Part shown: piece after piece, positions 18,810 to 27,367 of the stretch
Layout: each line of letters opens with the position of its first letter
Position numbering within the stretch: the stretch's first letter is position 1
NCBI GenBank assembly: GCA_051251915.1
Contig: JBPOGF010000028.1
Span: 1-39,128, forward strand
Source: Akkermansiaceae bacterium
GTDB taxonomy: Bacteria; Verrucomicrobiota; Verrucomicrobiia; Verrucomicrobiales; Akkermansiaceae
Length of the DNA: 39,128 nt
Direction of reading: 5' to 3'
The notes under the pieces: generated by a model
The model's input: only the letters and a program-made list of their open reading frames with translations
What the model was told of the DNA's origin: nothing
Databases searched by the model: none
Program-made: the position numbers and the translations under genes

Positions 18810-20426
18810 TTAAAATCGATGACTCAAGCCTAGACGCATTTGAAAACTAGAGTCAGATCCCTCAGATGAAGTATAAACTGAAGCATAACCCACTGTAGAA
18901 GAAGAGAAAGCGTAACTAGTTCTTAGCCCCAATCTCACCCAAGTGTCCTCTAGTGAATTGTTATTCTGACCTTTAGCCAAATCTGATATCCTCGTTTCAT
19001 AATCATCACTCGCTCGCTGAGCTAATTCAATGACTCCTACAAGCTGAGTTTTTGTGGTAATTTGATACTTAGCATCCACACCTGTTCTCCAAATGCTCAC
19101 CTGGTTAGAAAGTTCATCCATATCCAGCACACCAAATCGGTACCCGTCTTGCTCTGAATCTATCCATGTATAAGACACTTTCGGAGTAAACCTTACACCT
19201 TTCCACTGAAATACATCTTCAACCTGCGCTCCTATAAATACAGCTGTCGAACTTCCATCAACATCAGCCCTCGTGCTCCCAACTTGCATGTCATTACTCC
19301 ACAAACTATGACTTAAAATACCAGTGAGCCGCAAATTTTCATCTGAAAATGTATAACTAGAGCCTAGACTTAGTGTGTTCCCACTAGTGTCACTTTCACC
19401 ATGAAGTAAATCACGAGTTAGTGACGAATGCGCTAGCCCAAGTCCAAACGTGAAATTCTCTTTCCCGAAACTATTTAACAATGCCACCTCACCACCAAGT
19501 TGCTCCACCTCTAATGCGTCATGCTGCAGGTAGTTCACACCAGTTTTAATCTGCCAGTCGCCAACAAGCAACCCAGAATCCGGCCGATAGTGATTCATTG
19601 AGTCTGATAAGAACCCCAAATGCGCAGTGTTACTCTGAACCTGAGCCTGCAACCCTTGAATCATTGAACTTTGCAATATTTCTTTAATCGCATTTAAAGT
19701 ATCTTCTACATCTTCTACATCTTCTACATCTTCTACATCTTCTACATCTTCATTACCTTCATTACCTTCATTACCTTCATTACCTCCTGTCGTATCTCCC
19801 CCTGTAGAGCCATCTGTATCCCCTTCCACACTTATTTGTGGAACTACTGAAGTATCGTTATACTCAGAAGCCGCTATTTCCACATTCCCGTTAATAGAAT
19901 AAATCGCAAACCCCATATTAGTAGCCCCATCCGATATCCATGAGTTCACGACCGACGTCACATCGACACTCACCACTCCTGAGTCAGAAAAATAATACGT
20001 TCCCACTACGGGAACATCAGTCCCTTGCACATACGTATCGAACCAAGCTCCCTTGTCAGGCGCAAGCATGTAGTTCTCAAAGCTGTCCTGAAGAGCCACC
20101 AACTGCACCGTTGCGCTCCCAACAGTTCCCACCTGCGAAATAGGAATATCCGCACCACTATCGACTAACGTCACATACTCAACAGCACTTAAATCTAGAA
20201 ATTTATCACCTCCAAGACCAAGCGATGACACATCAAAATCTAGTACCCCAAAGTTGAAATGACTCGTATCTGGGCGAGTAGATTCTCCCAAAGTTATCTG
20301 AGTATCGCCCTGGTTGTTAGTTCCAATAAACAGATAACTATCCGTATCAAAAGTGGCAGTTATTTGAGCCAAACTAACATTGGCTAACAGAAGAGCGAGT
20401 GAGTAAGTAGTAATGATTCCTTTCAT
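18810..20426 (-). CDS. Autotransporter-like outer-membrane protein with N-terminal DNRLRE-like passenger and acidic repeat linker
   Basis: Signal peptide; passenger FGVLDFDVS...VDVTSVVNSWI...NMGF; C-terminal amphipathic beta-barrel (FTPKVSYTW, terminal LGLSHRF). Confidence 0.7.
   Translation of the reverse strand: MKGIITTYSLALLLANVSLAQITATFDTDSYLFIGTNNQGDTQITLGESTRPDTSHFNFGVLDFDVSSLGLGGDKFLDLSAVEYVTLVDSGADIPISQVGTVGSATVQLVALQDSFENYMLAPDKGAWFDTYVQGTDVPVVGTYYFSDSGVVSVDVTSVVNSWISDGATNMGFAIYSINGNVEIAASEYNDTSVVPQISVEGDTDGSTGGDTTGGNEGNEGNEGNEDVEDVEDVEDVEDVEDTLNAIKEILQSSMIQGLQAQVQSNTAHLGFLSDSMNHYRPDSGLLVGDWQIKTGVNYLQHDALEVEQLGGEVALLNSFGKENFTFGLGLAHSSLTRDLLHGESDTSGNTLSLGSSYTFSDENLRLTGILSHSLWSNDMQVGSTRADVDGSSTAVFIGAQVEDVFQWKGVRFTPKVSYTWIDSEQDGYRFGVLDMDELSNQVSIWRTGVDAKYQITTKTQLVGVIELAQRASDDYETRISDLAKGQNNNSLEDTWVRLGLRTSYAFSSSTVGYASVYTSSEGSDSSFQMRLGLSHRF
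19701..19787. repeat. Compound in-frame 9-bp tandem repeat
   Basis: (ATCTTCTAC)x5, ATCTTC, (ATTACCTTC)x3, ATTACCTCC; encodes (GNE)n(DVE)n. Confidence 0.95.
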
Positions 20427-20496
20427 AAAATATATTTTGTTCTGCTGAAAATCCTAGTAACCATCACATCGAAGTAAAATTCTAATTAGCCAGATC

Positions 20497-20533
20497 TTAG
20501 CGCTCAAATACACTCCGCTAGCGTCCAATATAC
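20497..20533 (+). promoter_or_regulatory. Putative AraC-family operator, 21-bp-period direct repeat
   Basis: TTAGCGCTCAAATACA (20497) and CTAGCGTCCAATATAC (20518). Confidence 0.55.
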
Positions 20534-20617
20534 TTATCCCTCTCATATCCCACACTTATGTTCTAGATTACAAATTTTGGCTTGTTGCAGAAATAAATAG
20601 TCTCTAATCGCATCAAG

Positions 20618-22939
20618 ATGAATCACAGCCAAAAAAGAAATAATCTAACAGTCCGTAAATTTACTACATCACTTTCGGTTCTAACAATTACCCTCACTTC
20701 CCAATCTCCTGCCCAGAAACCTGAAGAACCAAAAACGACTATAGAAACGATCCCCGACATAGAAACCATCGTAGACCTCGGTGAATCTACCGTCATAGGA
20801 AACTCCTATGAGACGCCCTGGCTAGAAACCACTGGCTCAGTCACTGCTATCCTCCAAAAGGACTTCATTACATTTGGCGGCGCAGACTTTGGCGATCTCG
20901 TGAAATACGACCCCACCGTCACAGCCCCCTTTAACTACGGCAGTGCAGATGGGAGCTTCGGCTACGCCCAAACAGGATACACTGGTTACAACATCCGAGG
21001 AGTAGAAGGAAACAGAGTCAGCATGCTATTAGATGGAATCAGACAGCCTGAACAATACATCTCTACTACCTTCGCTCAAGACGAAGGCTCCTCAGGAGGT
21101 GGCGGACGTGATTATTATGATCCCGCCATCTTCGCCTCCACCGAGATTCTCAAAGGATCAGCTAGCTCACTCTACGGTAGTGATGCCTTAGCTGGCGTGG
21201 TCTCATTTAAAACCCCAACCCCACAAGACTTCTTCACCCATGATGATGACAACTTCGGAGGCCTACTCAGAACCCAACAATTCAGTTCCAACAGTAGCGC
21301 AGCCACACAAGCATTTGCAGCATTTCGTAAAGACAAATTCGCCATCATGCTAGGACTCGCCTACCGCGAAGGAAAAGAATCAGAAAACAACGGCAACACA
21401 CCACCGAACCCATTAGAATCCAATAGTCTCAACCTCTTGTCTAAATTCCAATGGAATATTGATGACGGAAATAAAGTGGAGCTAACACTAGAACACTTCA
21501 ACAGAGACCGAACCGTAAACGCGCTTAGCGCAAATCAATTTCAAAACATCTTCGACAAAGCAATCATCAATTGGGAAAACCAAGCAAGAGCAAGATTTAG
21601 CCTCAACTGGGATCACACACCCACTGACTACAATACCAGATTCTACGACTCCGTAGAATCAAACCTCTACTACCAAGCATCTCAAAATTCTAGTATCAAC
21701 AAAAGCGAGGCTCTAACAGGAAGAATCCGAGACCAGATCATCGAATTCGATACAAACATCTTAGGCTATAGCTCAAAATTCCTAAAAGAAACTCAACATC
21801 AACAAATAACCTACGGCATAGAAGCATCCAGCAGCAGATCAGAAAACCGTTTCTACAGAGAAGACACCGGACTACCTCCATACCCTAACAGAATATCCTT
21901 CGCTCCATCAGACACCATCAGAGCCGCATCATACATCCAGTCAGAATTTAGACCCACATCAGCTAGCCCATGGTCATTCATCCTCGGACTGCGCCTAGAT
22001 TATTACAATGTTCAACCAGAGCTCAGCAGTGATTACCTAGAAAGAATCACCAGACTCAGTGAAGGAGCCACCGCATACAATCCAGCGGAAGAACTAAATA
22101 ACCTCACTATCGCTCCCAGATTCGACGTCAAATACGACCTCACAGCAGACAGTAGAATCTACGCCAAATACTCCAGAGGTGTGCGCAACCCAACAGCAGA
22201 AGAAATATCCATGATCTTCGACCACCCATCTGTAGACGGAAGCTCCACTGGTTCACTCACACTTCCTAATCCAGACCTCAAAGAAGAAAGCAGCAACGCC
22301 TACGAAATTGGCTACAAGTACTTGACCGATGATATAAAATTTCAAGCATCCAGCTTCTACACTAAATATTCTAACTTTATCGAAAACGCTACTCCCACCG
22401 GCCAACAAAGCACCGATGGACAAGACATCCTCACCACTGTCAACCGAGGTTCAGCCACAATCTATGGATACGAGCTCAGCGGCAGCGTAAACTTAGCCCG
22501 CTTCCACGACCACCTAGATTGCTTTGAAATAGGGCTCTCAACAGGGAAAACTTGGGGGATAAACAATGATGACAACACCTGGATTAACTCCATCGAACCA
22601 TGGAAATCAGTAGCTTGGTTAGGCTACACTAGCATGAATGAAAAATTCTCTTCTCGTCTCTCTGCCACTTACGTAGACAGTGTAAAAAGAGTCAACGATG
22701 ATGACGGCGGTCCATACTTCCGCCCACCATCATACTTCACCATCGACCTTTCTGCATCATATCAAATCAATGAGTCATTAAGTGTCCAAGCAGGCATCAA
22801 CAACCTATTTGATGAGCAGTATTGGCAATGGTCAAACTCCCGTCGCTCCGGTGGACACATCCAAAATGCTGACTCTGTAGACGACCGCAGTACCGCTCCT
22901 GGAACCAATGGTTTCTTATCAATAGAATATTCATTCTAA
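20618..22939 (+). CDS. TonB-dependent haem/haemoglobin receptor (HmuR/HutA-like)
   Basis: Plug motifs YNIRGVEGNRV and EILKGSASSLYGSDALAGVV; FRAP-like VRNP and NPNL-like NPDL flanking a His (FDHP); GINNLFDEQYW; terminal Phe. Confidence 0.85.
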   Translation: MNHSQKRNNLTVRKFTTSLSVLTITLTSQSPAQKPEEPKTTIETIPDIETIVDLGESTVIGNSYETPWLETTGSVTAILQKDFITFGGADFGDLVKYDPTVTAPFNYGSADGSFGYAQTGYTGYNIRGVEGNRVSMLLDGIRQPEQYISTTFAQDEGSSGGGGRDYYDPAIFASTEILKGSASSLYGSDALAGVVSFKTPTPQDFFTHDDDNFGGLLRTQQFSSNSSAATQAFAAFRKDKFAIMLGLAYREGKESENNGNTPPNPLESNSLNLLSKFQWNIDDGNKVELTLEHFNRDRTVNALSANQFQNIFDKAIINWENQARARFSLNWDHTPTDYNTRFYDSVESNLYYQASQNSSINKSEALTGRIRDQIIEFDTNILGYSSKFLKETQHQQITYGIEASSSRSENRFYREDTGLPPYPNRISFAPSDTIRAASYIQSEFRPTSASPWSFILGLRLDYYNVQPELSSDYLERITRLSEGATAYNPAEELNNLTIAPRFDVKYDLTADSRIYAKYSRGVRNPTAEEISMIFDHPSVDGSSTGSLTLPNPDLKEESSNAYEIGYKYLTDDIKFQASSFYTKYSNFIENATPTGQQSTDGQDILTTVNRGSATIYGYELSGSVNLARFHDHLDCFEIGLSTGKTWGINNDDNTWINSIEPWKSVAWLGYTSMNEKFSSRLSATYVDSVKRVNDDDGGPYFRPPSYFTIDLSASYQINESLSVQAGINNLFDEQYWQWSNSRRSGGHIQNADSVDDRSTAPGTNGFLSIEYSF

Positions 22940-23018
22940 CCTTACTCCTCAATTCATCGTCAAAGTTCAACAAAACACCGTTAGCACACAACCAATATTT
23001 AGTGCTTAATTCAATTTA

Positions 23019-23492
23019 ATGAATCAAGGAGCCAACACAAATAAATACCTGATCCTCTACGGAACCCAAACCGGAACCGCAGAGGATCTCGCTGAGCAGC
23101 TATCGCAAGACCTAGACGATCAAGGCATCTCACACAGTTTAGAAAACATGTTTGATATCACTCTTGAAAAAGTGAAGTCATTTCAGCGTGTTTTTATTAT
23201 TGTAAGTACCTGGGGAGACGGCGACCCGCCTGATGATGCAGAAGATTTACTTGTAGCTCTCCAAGCATCGGACAGACTCTATTTCGCGGGAAGTGAATTC
23301 ACCGTATTTGGGCTAGGTGATACTAATTACGACTACTTCTGTAAATGCGCGGTCGACTTTGATGAAGCATTAACCAACGCAGGAGCATCACAAATCATTC
23401 CCCTTGTGAAAGCTGACCTCGAATTTGATGACAAGTTTGACACCTGGTCACAAAACATTTTAAACACTCTGCCATCCATGGTTGAACAATAG
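23019..23492 (+). CDS. Short-chain flavodoxin (MioC/CysJ FMN-domain type)
   Basis: YGTQTGTAE, STWGDGDPPDDA, FGLGDTNYDYFC. Confidence 0.9.
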   Translation: MNQGANTNKYLILYGTQTGTAEDLAEQLSQDLDDQGISHSLENMFDITLEKVKSFQRVFIIVSTWGDGDPPDDAEDLLVALQASDRLYFAGSEFTVFGLGDTNYDYFCKCAVDFDEALTNAGASQIIPLVKADLEFDDKFDTWSQNILNTLPSMVEQ

Positions 23493-23516
23493 GTGGCCAT
23501 ACCTAGTGTGAACTAA

Positions 23517-23584
23517 GGCTAGCTAGTAAGACGTATCTGTATCGTGATTGTAACAAAAACGTTCTTACTAGTTAGCCATTTTTT
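23517..23584 (+). terminator. Intrinsic terminator of the receptor-flavodoxin unit
   Basis: GGCTAGCTAGTAAGA...TCTTACTAGTTAGCC 15-bp stem (one G-U) with a long loop, followed by ATTTTTT. Confidence 0.6.
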
Positions 23585-23588
23585 GAGA

Positions 23589-24386
23589 CTATGACTGATC
23601 GCTATAACAAGCAGTCTCTAAGTAATGCTTCCACCGCTTGAACGGTGAAGATGAATGAACCCTTATTTTATAAATAATATCAGCATAAGAATTATACATG
23701 ATCAGATTCAAACAATCCATCTGGTCCACCACCTCTCCACAAATCCTAATGCTATGGATAGCTGACAAATTAAGGATGGTTTTCCCATCTCCCAAAAGTA
23801 CAGCATAGCCTCCGTGGAAGTCAACGGACTTAACATTCATCGAGAAAACAGCCCTACAAAAATTCTCCCCTAATTCTATTTCCAACTGCTTATCACTGAC
23901 TATCCCTTCAGATACTTCCATTAGCATCAAAGCCAATGGATGTTTATCCGTGCTCGCTTTAATGACATTAACTCGCTTCACACAACAAGGGCAATCTCCA
24001 GTCCGCATCCCTTTACATGAAGTCCTCATATAAACAGAGCCATCCATATCAAGGCATTTTAATAAATTCCAGAAATCGATAGACTGAACAGCCTGTAGCC
24101 GTATCTCTATTTCAGAACTATCAGAGAACCTCGCCCACAGCATCAACCTGTTATCACACCGTTCCACTTGCATCTGCTCTACCTTTGACAGGTTAAAAAT
24201 AACTTCCCCCTGGTAACTCATAATCTCTTCTCCTAGTGCAATAAAACCACTTCTAGACAGATTAACCGTGACCTCATTATCATAAGACCTCACCACACAT
24301 TGCTTAATAGCCATCTTTTCAAATAACACGGGGATACCTCTACTAGTGTGATCTATAGGAGTTCTCATTTTCATTTTTGTATTCAT
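23589..24386 (-). CDS. Highly diverged HemS/ChuX-fold protein with central CPCC motif
   Basis: C-terminal half (LALMLME...LEIELG...ILNLSAIHSIRI...LNLIMYNSYADIIYKI) follows the HemS domain strand pattern; haem-locus context. Confidence 0.5.
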   Translation of the reverse strand: MNTKMKMRTPIDHTSRGIPVLFEKMAIKQCVVRSYDNEVTVNLSRSGFIALGEEIMSYQGEVIFNLSKVEQMQVERCDNRLMLWARFSDSSEIEIRLQAVQSIDFWNLLKCLDMDGSVYMRTSCKGMRTGDCPCCVKRVNVIKASTDKHPLALMLMEVSEGIVSDKQLEIELGENFCRAVFSMNVKSVDFHGGYAVLLGDGKTILNLSAIHSIRICGEVVDQMDCLNLIMYNSYADIIYKIRVHSSSPFKRWKHYLETACYSDQS

Positions 24387-24397
24387 AATTATTTTTG

Positions 24398-25117
24398 TTA
24401 AGCAGCTTCAATAAAAAACTGGGCCCTCCCCTTAGCGTCGTAAAACGTCCCTCTGAATTTAGATCGTTTTACGTTAAGATCGACATCAACGATAACTCTT
24501 GAGTTTAAACTCAACTGCCTTTTCTCTGAACACAGATTCATCGTTCCAAACTTAGTCATCAGTCCGCCAACATCGTGATACCTTTTCACCACACCTCCCG
24601 CAGTATGGAGAACACACCTCAGTTTTGACCCTCGGATTATTTCTCTATTGATTACTTTAGCAGCTTCTTCGACCATCGGATTAAGACTCTTATTTATCAG
24701 GCTCTCCTTGAAATCAGGCAGACCACACTCTTGTTCAGCCTCATTTGAAAAAGTCTGCAGGATACATTGAAAACAATCCCAATGACTACTAGGGGTAAGC
24801 GTGATCTGATGAAACACTAAGTCATCATCCCCTGAGAAATACACAGTAGCCTCCTTCATCTTCTCATTCACTACAGCCCACCCTCTAACCCATTTCTCAG
24901 TATGCCATCGCTGCTGTTCATCTAGGCTAAAGCTACTATTCTCCGTAGCGTTTGAGATCAACCTAGGGTAATTCCCGTTCTCCACAATAGTAGCTAGTGT
25001 GTTAGTATATACTTGCCTAGCAGGCCCGACTGTATGGACTCTATCCAACAAGCGGCTCCATGATGGCTTTAATGAATAGATCGTATTTTTTTCTTGGTGC
25101 ATGACTTTATCATACAT
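24398..25117 (-). CDS. Diverged two-domain HemS/ChuX-fold haem-handling protein
   Basis: LKPSWSRLL...VG...TN...ENGNY...W..GWAV...VYFSGDDDLVFHQITLT matches HemS domain 1; FYDAKGRAQFF matches the end of domain 2. Confidence 0.65.
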   Translation of the reverse strand: MYDKVMHQEKNTIYSLKPSWSRLLDRVHTVGPARQVYTNTLATIVENGNYPRLISNATENSSFSLDEQQRWHTEKWVRGWAVVNEKMKEATVYFSGDDDLVFHQITLTPSSHWDCFQCILQTFSNEAEQECGLPDFKESLINKSLNPMVEEAAKVINREIIRGSKLRCVLHTAGGVVKRYHDVGGLMTKFGTMNLCSEKRQLSLNSRVIVDVDLNVKRSKFRGTFYDAKGRAQFFIEAA

Positions 25118-25154
25118 ATCACCTCAATTTGCGATAACGTGTGATTCACTATTT

Positions 25155-25170
25155 TTAGCGATCAAATACA
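25155..25170 (+). promoter_or_regulatory. Third copy of the island motif
   Basis: TTAGCGATCAAATACA, 15/16 identical to the 20497 site. Confidence 0.55.
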
Positions 25171-25373
25171 GACGATCAGAAGCCAACCTTCATAATTCAA
25201 AAAATTCTCAGTTCCAATAAACTGTTAGATATTCACACAACATCAAAGGAACACTAAATCACGACAACAGGGCGTTATCGCTTCATCTCATTGTAAGCTA
25301 TCTATCTTGCGTAGTTAAAAAACTGACTACTAGGCACTCAGTGCATAAACATAAAAAAGATAAAATAATTACC

Positions 25374-26096
25374 ATGAAAACAACAATACTAGCAATAGCC
25401 ACTCTAACAACATTAGGAGCTAGTGCTAACGCAGCACTCGTGAATCTATCTACATACGATGAATTCGCTGTCTGGGACGACCTCACTGGAGCCGCAGCTA
25501 CCGCAGCAGGAATCAACACAGGCAGCTTTACTACCCCAACAGATTGGGTTCTCACAAGTGACGGAACCACAGCTGCCACACTTGCACCTCAAAATGGAGC
25601 ATCCAGCAGTGCTGGCGCATTAGGAAAAGTAGTAACCACAACCACGGGTGGCGGATACTTAGCTTCAACAGGTATTTATACTGGTAACTTTGCCACTACA
25701 TTCTTCTTAGAAAAAACAGCCAGTCTAGCAGATGTAGAAAACGTCGTATTCCAAATTGATCTGGACAATAATTCTGATTGGGTCGCACCAACCCTCAGTT
25801 ACAACGGAGGAGCTCAAGCAATATCAGCTGTAGAAATGATCATTTCTTCTGAAGCCACCAGCGGTGCTTTTGGACCAGCTACAGCACAAGAGCTTCTCTA
25901 CCAATGGGATCTCAGCGCAATAGCAGATAACATTACTGACTATACCATCGAATTTGGGACTGGAGTTCATATTCCTATCCCCGAACTTAGCCTAGCGTCA
26001 TCTGAAGCTTTCACTGTTGTTTCAGTCCCTGAACCAAGCAGTTCCACTTTGATTACTCTCGGTGCCTTAGGTCTCCTCATCAGAAGAAAACGTTAG
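25374..26096 (+). CDS. PEP-CTERM sorting-domain surface protein
   Basis: Signal peptide MKTTILAIA...ANA-A from ATG 25374; C-terminal VPEPSS, TM helix, RRKR. Confidence 0.92.
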   Translation: MKTTILAIATLTTLGASANAALVNLSTYDEFAVWDDLTGAAATAAGINTGSFTTPTDWVLTSDGTTAATLAPQNGASSSAGALGKVVTTTTGGGYLASTGIYTGNFATTFFLEKTASLADVENVVFQIDLDNNSDWVAPTLSYNGGAQAISAVEMIISSEATSGAFGPATAQELLYQWDLSAIADNITDYTIEFGTGVHIPIPELSLASSEAFTVVSVPEPSSSTLITLGALGLLIRRKR

Positions 26097-26130
26097 TCAT
26101 CTACTTGTTCATCACTTGTTTTAGACACTG

Positions 26131-26172
26131 TAATGGCTGTTCACCTTCGTTAGGTGAACAGCCATTATTTTT
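26131..26172 (+). terminator. Rho-independent terminator
   Basis: TAATGGCTGTTCACCT-tcgtt-AGGTGAACAGCCATTA perfect 16-bp stem plus T5. Confidence 0.9.
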
Positions 26173-26230
26173 AACAAACTCTACACTTTAAAAGAATTTG
26201 CTAGATTATATAGATTTTCATAAATAACTT

Positions 26231-26251
26231 TATTGACAATGAGTCTCAATA
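26231..26251. promoter_or_regulatory. Fur-type box overlapping a TTGACA -35 element of the AraC gene
   Basis: TATTGACAATGAGTCTCAATA imperfect palindrome; core TGACAAT-G-AGTCTCA versus 7-1-7 Fur consensus TGATAAT-N-ATTATCA. Confidence 0.65.
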
Positions 26252-26300
26252 GCGATAGCTGGACGTAGCAAGAACCCATCTTACTAGAAAACGTCATTCT

Positions 26301-27191
26301 ATGAGCGAAAAACATTCAACCCTTTATGGTAATCCAGAAAAAAACCAAGTCTGTATCACATACTACAAAGGTGAATCTACCTCTACATGGATAAATTCAA
26401 TTCGTGAAAACACGCTACACATCATATTTAATTTATCAGGAAACCTACTCATTTTCGATGACAATGTTAGACTGAACATCATTCCCGGAACTCTTGCAAT
26501 CTGGCATAGAGGGAATGACACCAACCCACATATCAACCGTATTACGGCAGAGCCCCCCTCACCCTCCACCGACTTAGAAACCATAGTAATTAGCACTCCT
26601 CTTCATTGGTTACAAACTACATTTGGTAACAAGAGAGAAGCCCTTCACCCCGCTCTACAAACAATCCTTGATCAGTCCTCGTCATCCCTGGAATTGGGTA
26701 AAATACGCTCAATGCTAGTCACCGAAATTAGCCTAGCCAGAGACCTAATATCCCCCCCAGTCTACTCCTCTGCTATGCCATTTTGGTACGCGGCTAAAGT
26801 CATGGAAGTCATCACTCTTCACCTATTCACAAATATCTCCACACACGATAACAACATCTTCAAAGGACAGGCTAAATCAACAAACCAGAGACTAATCACA
26901 CTCGCCATTGACTGGCTCCATCAACACCTAGATGAAGCTCTAAACCTCAAAGACCTCTCACAACATCTAGGCTGTAGTTCACAATACATCAGTCGAATAT
27001 TCTCTGAAAATACTGGTAAAACTCTCACCCTCAGTCTCCGTTCTATAAGAATAAACAAAGCCGCTGAGTTACTCAATAGCGGAGACTACAATGTCACAGA
27101 AGCTGCTATGGAAGTAGGTTACAGTAGTTTATCTCATTTCACTAAGGTCTTCATCTCAGAAAAGGGAGTAAAACCCTCTCAGTTCATTTAA
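26301..27191 (+). CDS. AraC-family transcriptional regulator (PchR/YbtA-like)
   Basis: C-terminal double HTH (YISRIFSENTG; NVTEAAMEVGYSSLSHFTKVF..EKGVKP); WYAAKVMEVI resembles the PchR-type linker helix. Confidence 0.9.
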   Translation: MSEKHSTLYGNPEKNQVCITYYKGESTSTWINSIRENTLHIIFNLSGNLLIFDDNVRLNIIPGTLAIWHRGNDTNPHINRITAEPPSPSTDLETIVISTPLHWLQTTFGNKREALHPALQTILDQSSSSLELGKIRSMLVTEISLARDLISPPVYSSAMPFWYAAKVMEVITLHLFTNISTHDNNIFKGQAKSTNQRLITLAIDWLHQHLDEALNLKDLSQHLGCSSQYISRIFSENTGKTLTLSLRSIRINKAAELLNSGDYNVTEAAMEVGYSSLSHFTKVFISEKGVKPSQFI

Positions 27192-27214
27192 TACCCCTCC
27201 CCCCTCATCGAGCA

Positions 27215-27258
27215 TTAGCGGTCATTTAAACTAAATTAGCGCTGAGTCACCGCTAATT
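27215..27258 (+). promoter_or_regulatory. Putative AraC-family operator, 21-bp-period direct repeat plus an inverted copy
   Basis: TTAGCGGTCA (27215), TTAGCGCTGA (27236), and inverted CGCTAATT (27251). Confidence 0.55.
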
Positions 27259-27367
27259 TCCAACATCAGGACATTAGCATATTTTCTCATATTTCACTAA
27301 CTTGACTGCCTCTTCCGGGAACACTTTCTATTCAATAACCTACGGAAGCTATCAACTAATAATAAAA

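Noticed and set aside
19701..19787. Repeat array as possible CRISPR or phase-variation switch
   Set aside because: 9-bp units with no spacers, and unit length is a multiple of 3, so there is no on/off frameshifting.
22981..23010. TTAGCA/TTAGTG pair upstream of the flavodoxin as another operator
   Set aside because: 18-bp spacing and a weak match; flavodoxin is probably co-transcribed with the receptor.
25341..25373. ORF-track upstream starts (also 27302, 18777, 35309)
   Set aside because: Downstream ATGs (25374, 27368, 18762, 35276) give clean signal peptides or avoid overlaps; the TTG at 27302 looks like a -35 hexamer.
25298..25579. 93-aa antisense ORF over the PEP-CTERM gene start
   Set aside because: Mirror of the Ala/Thr-rich sense gene; no independent support.
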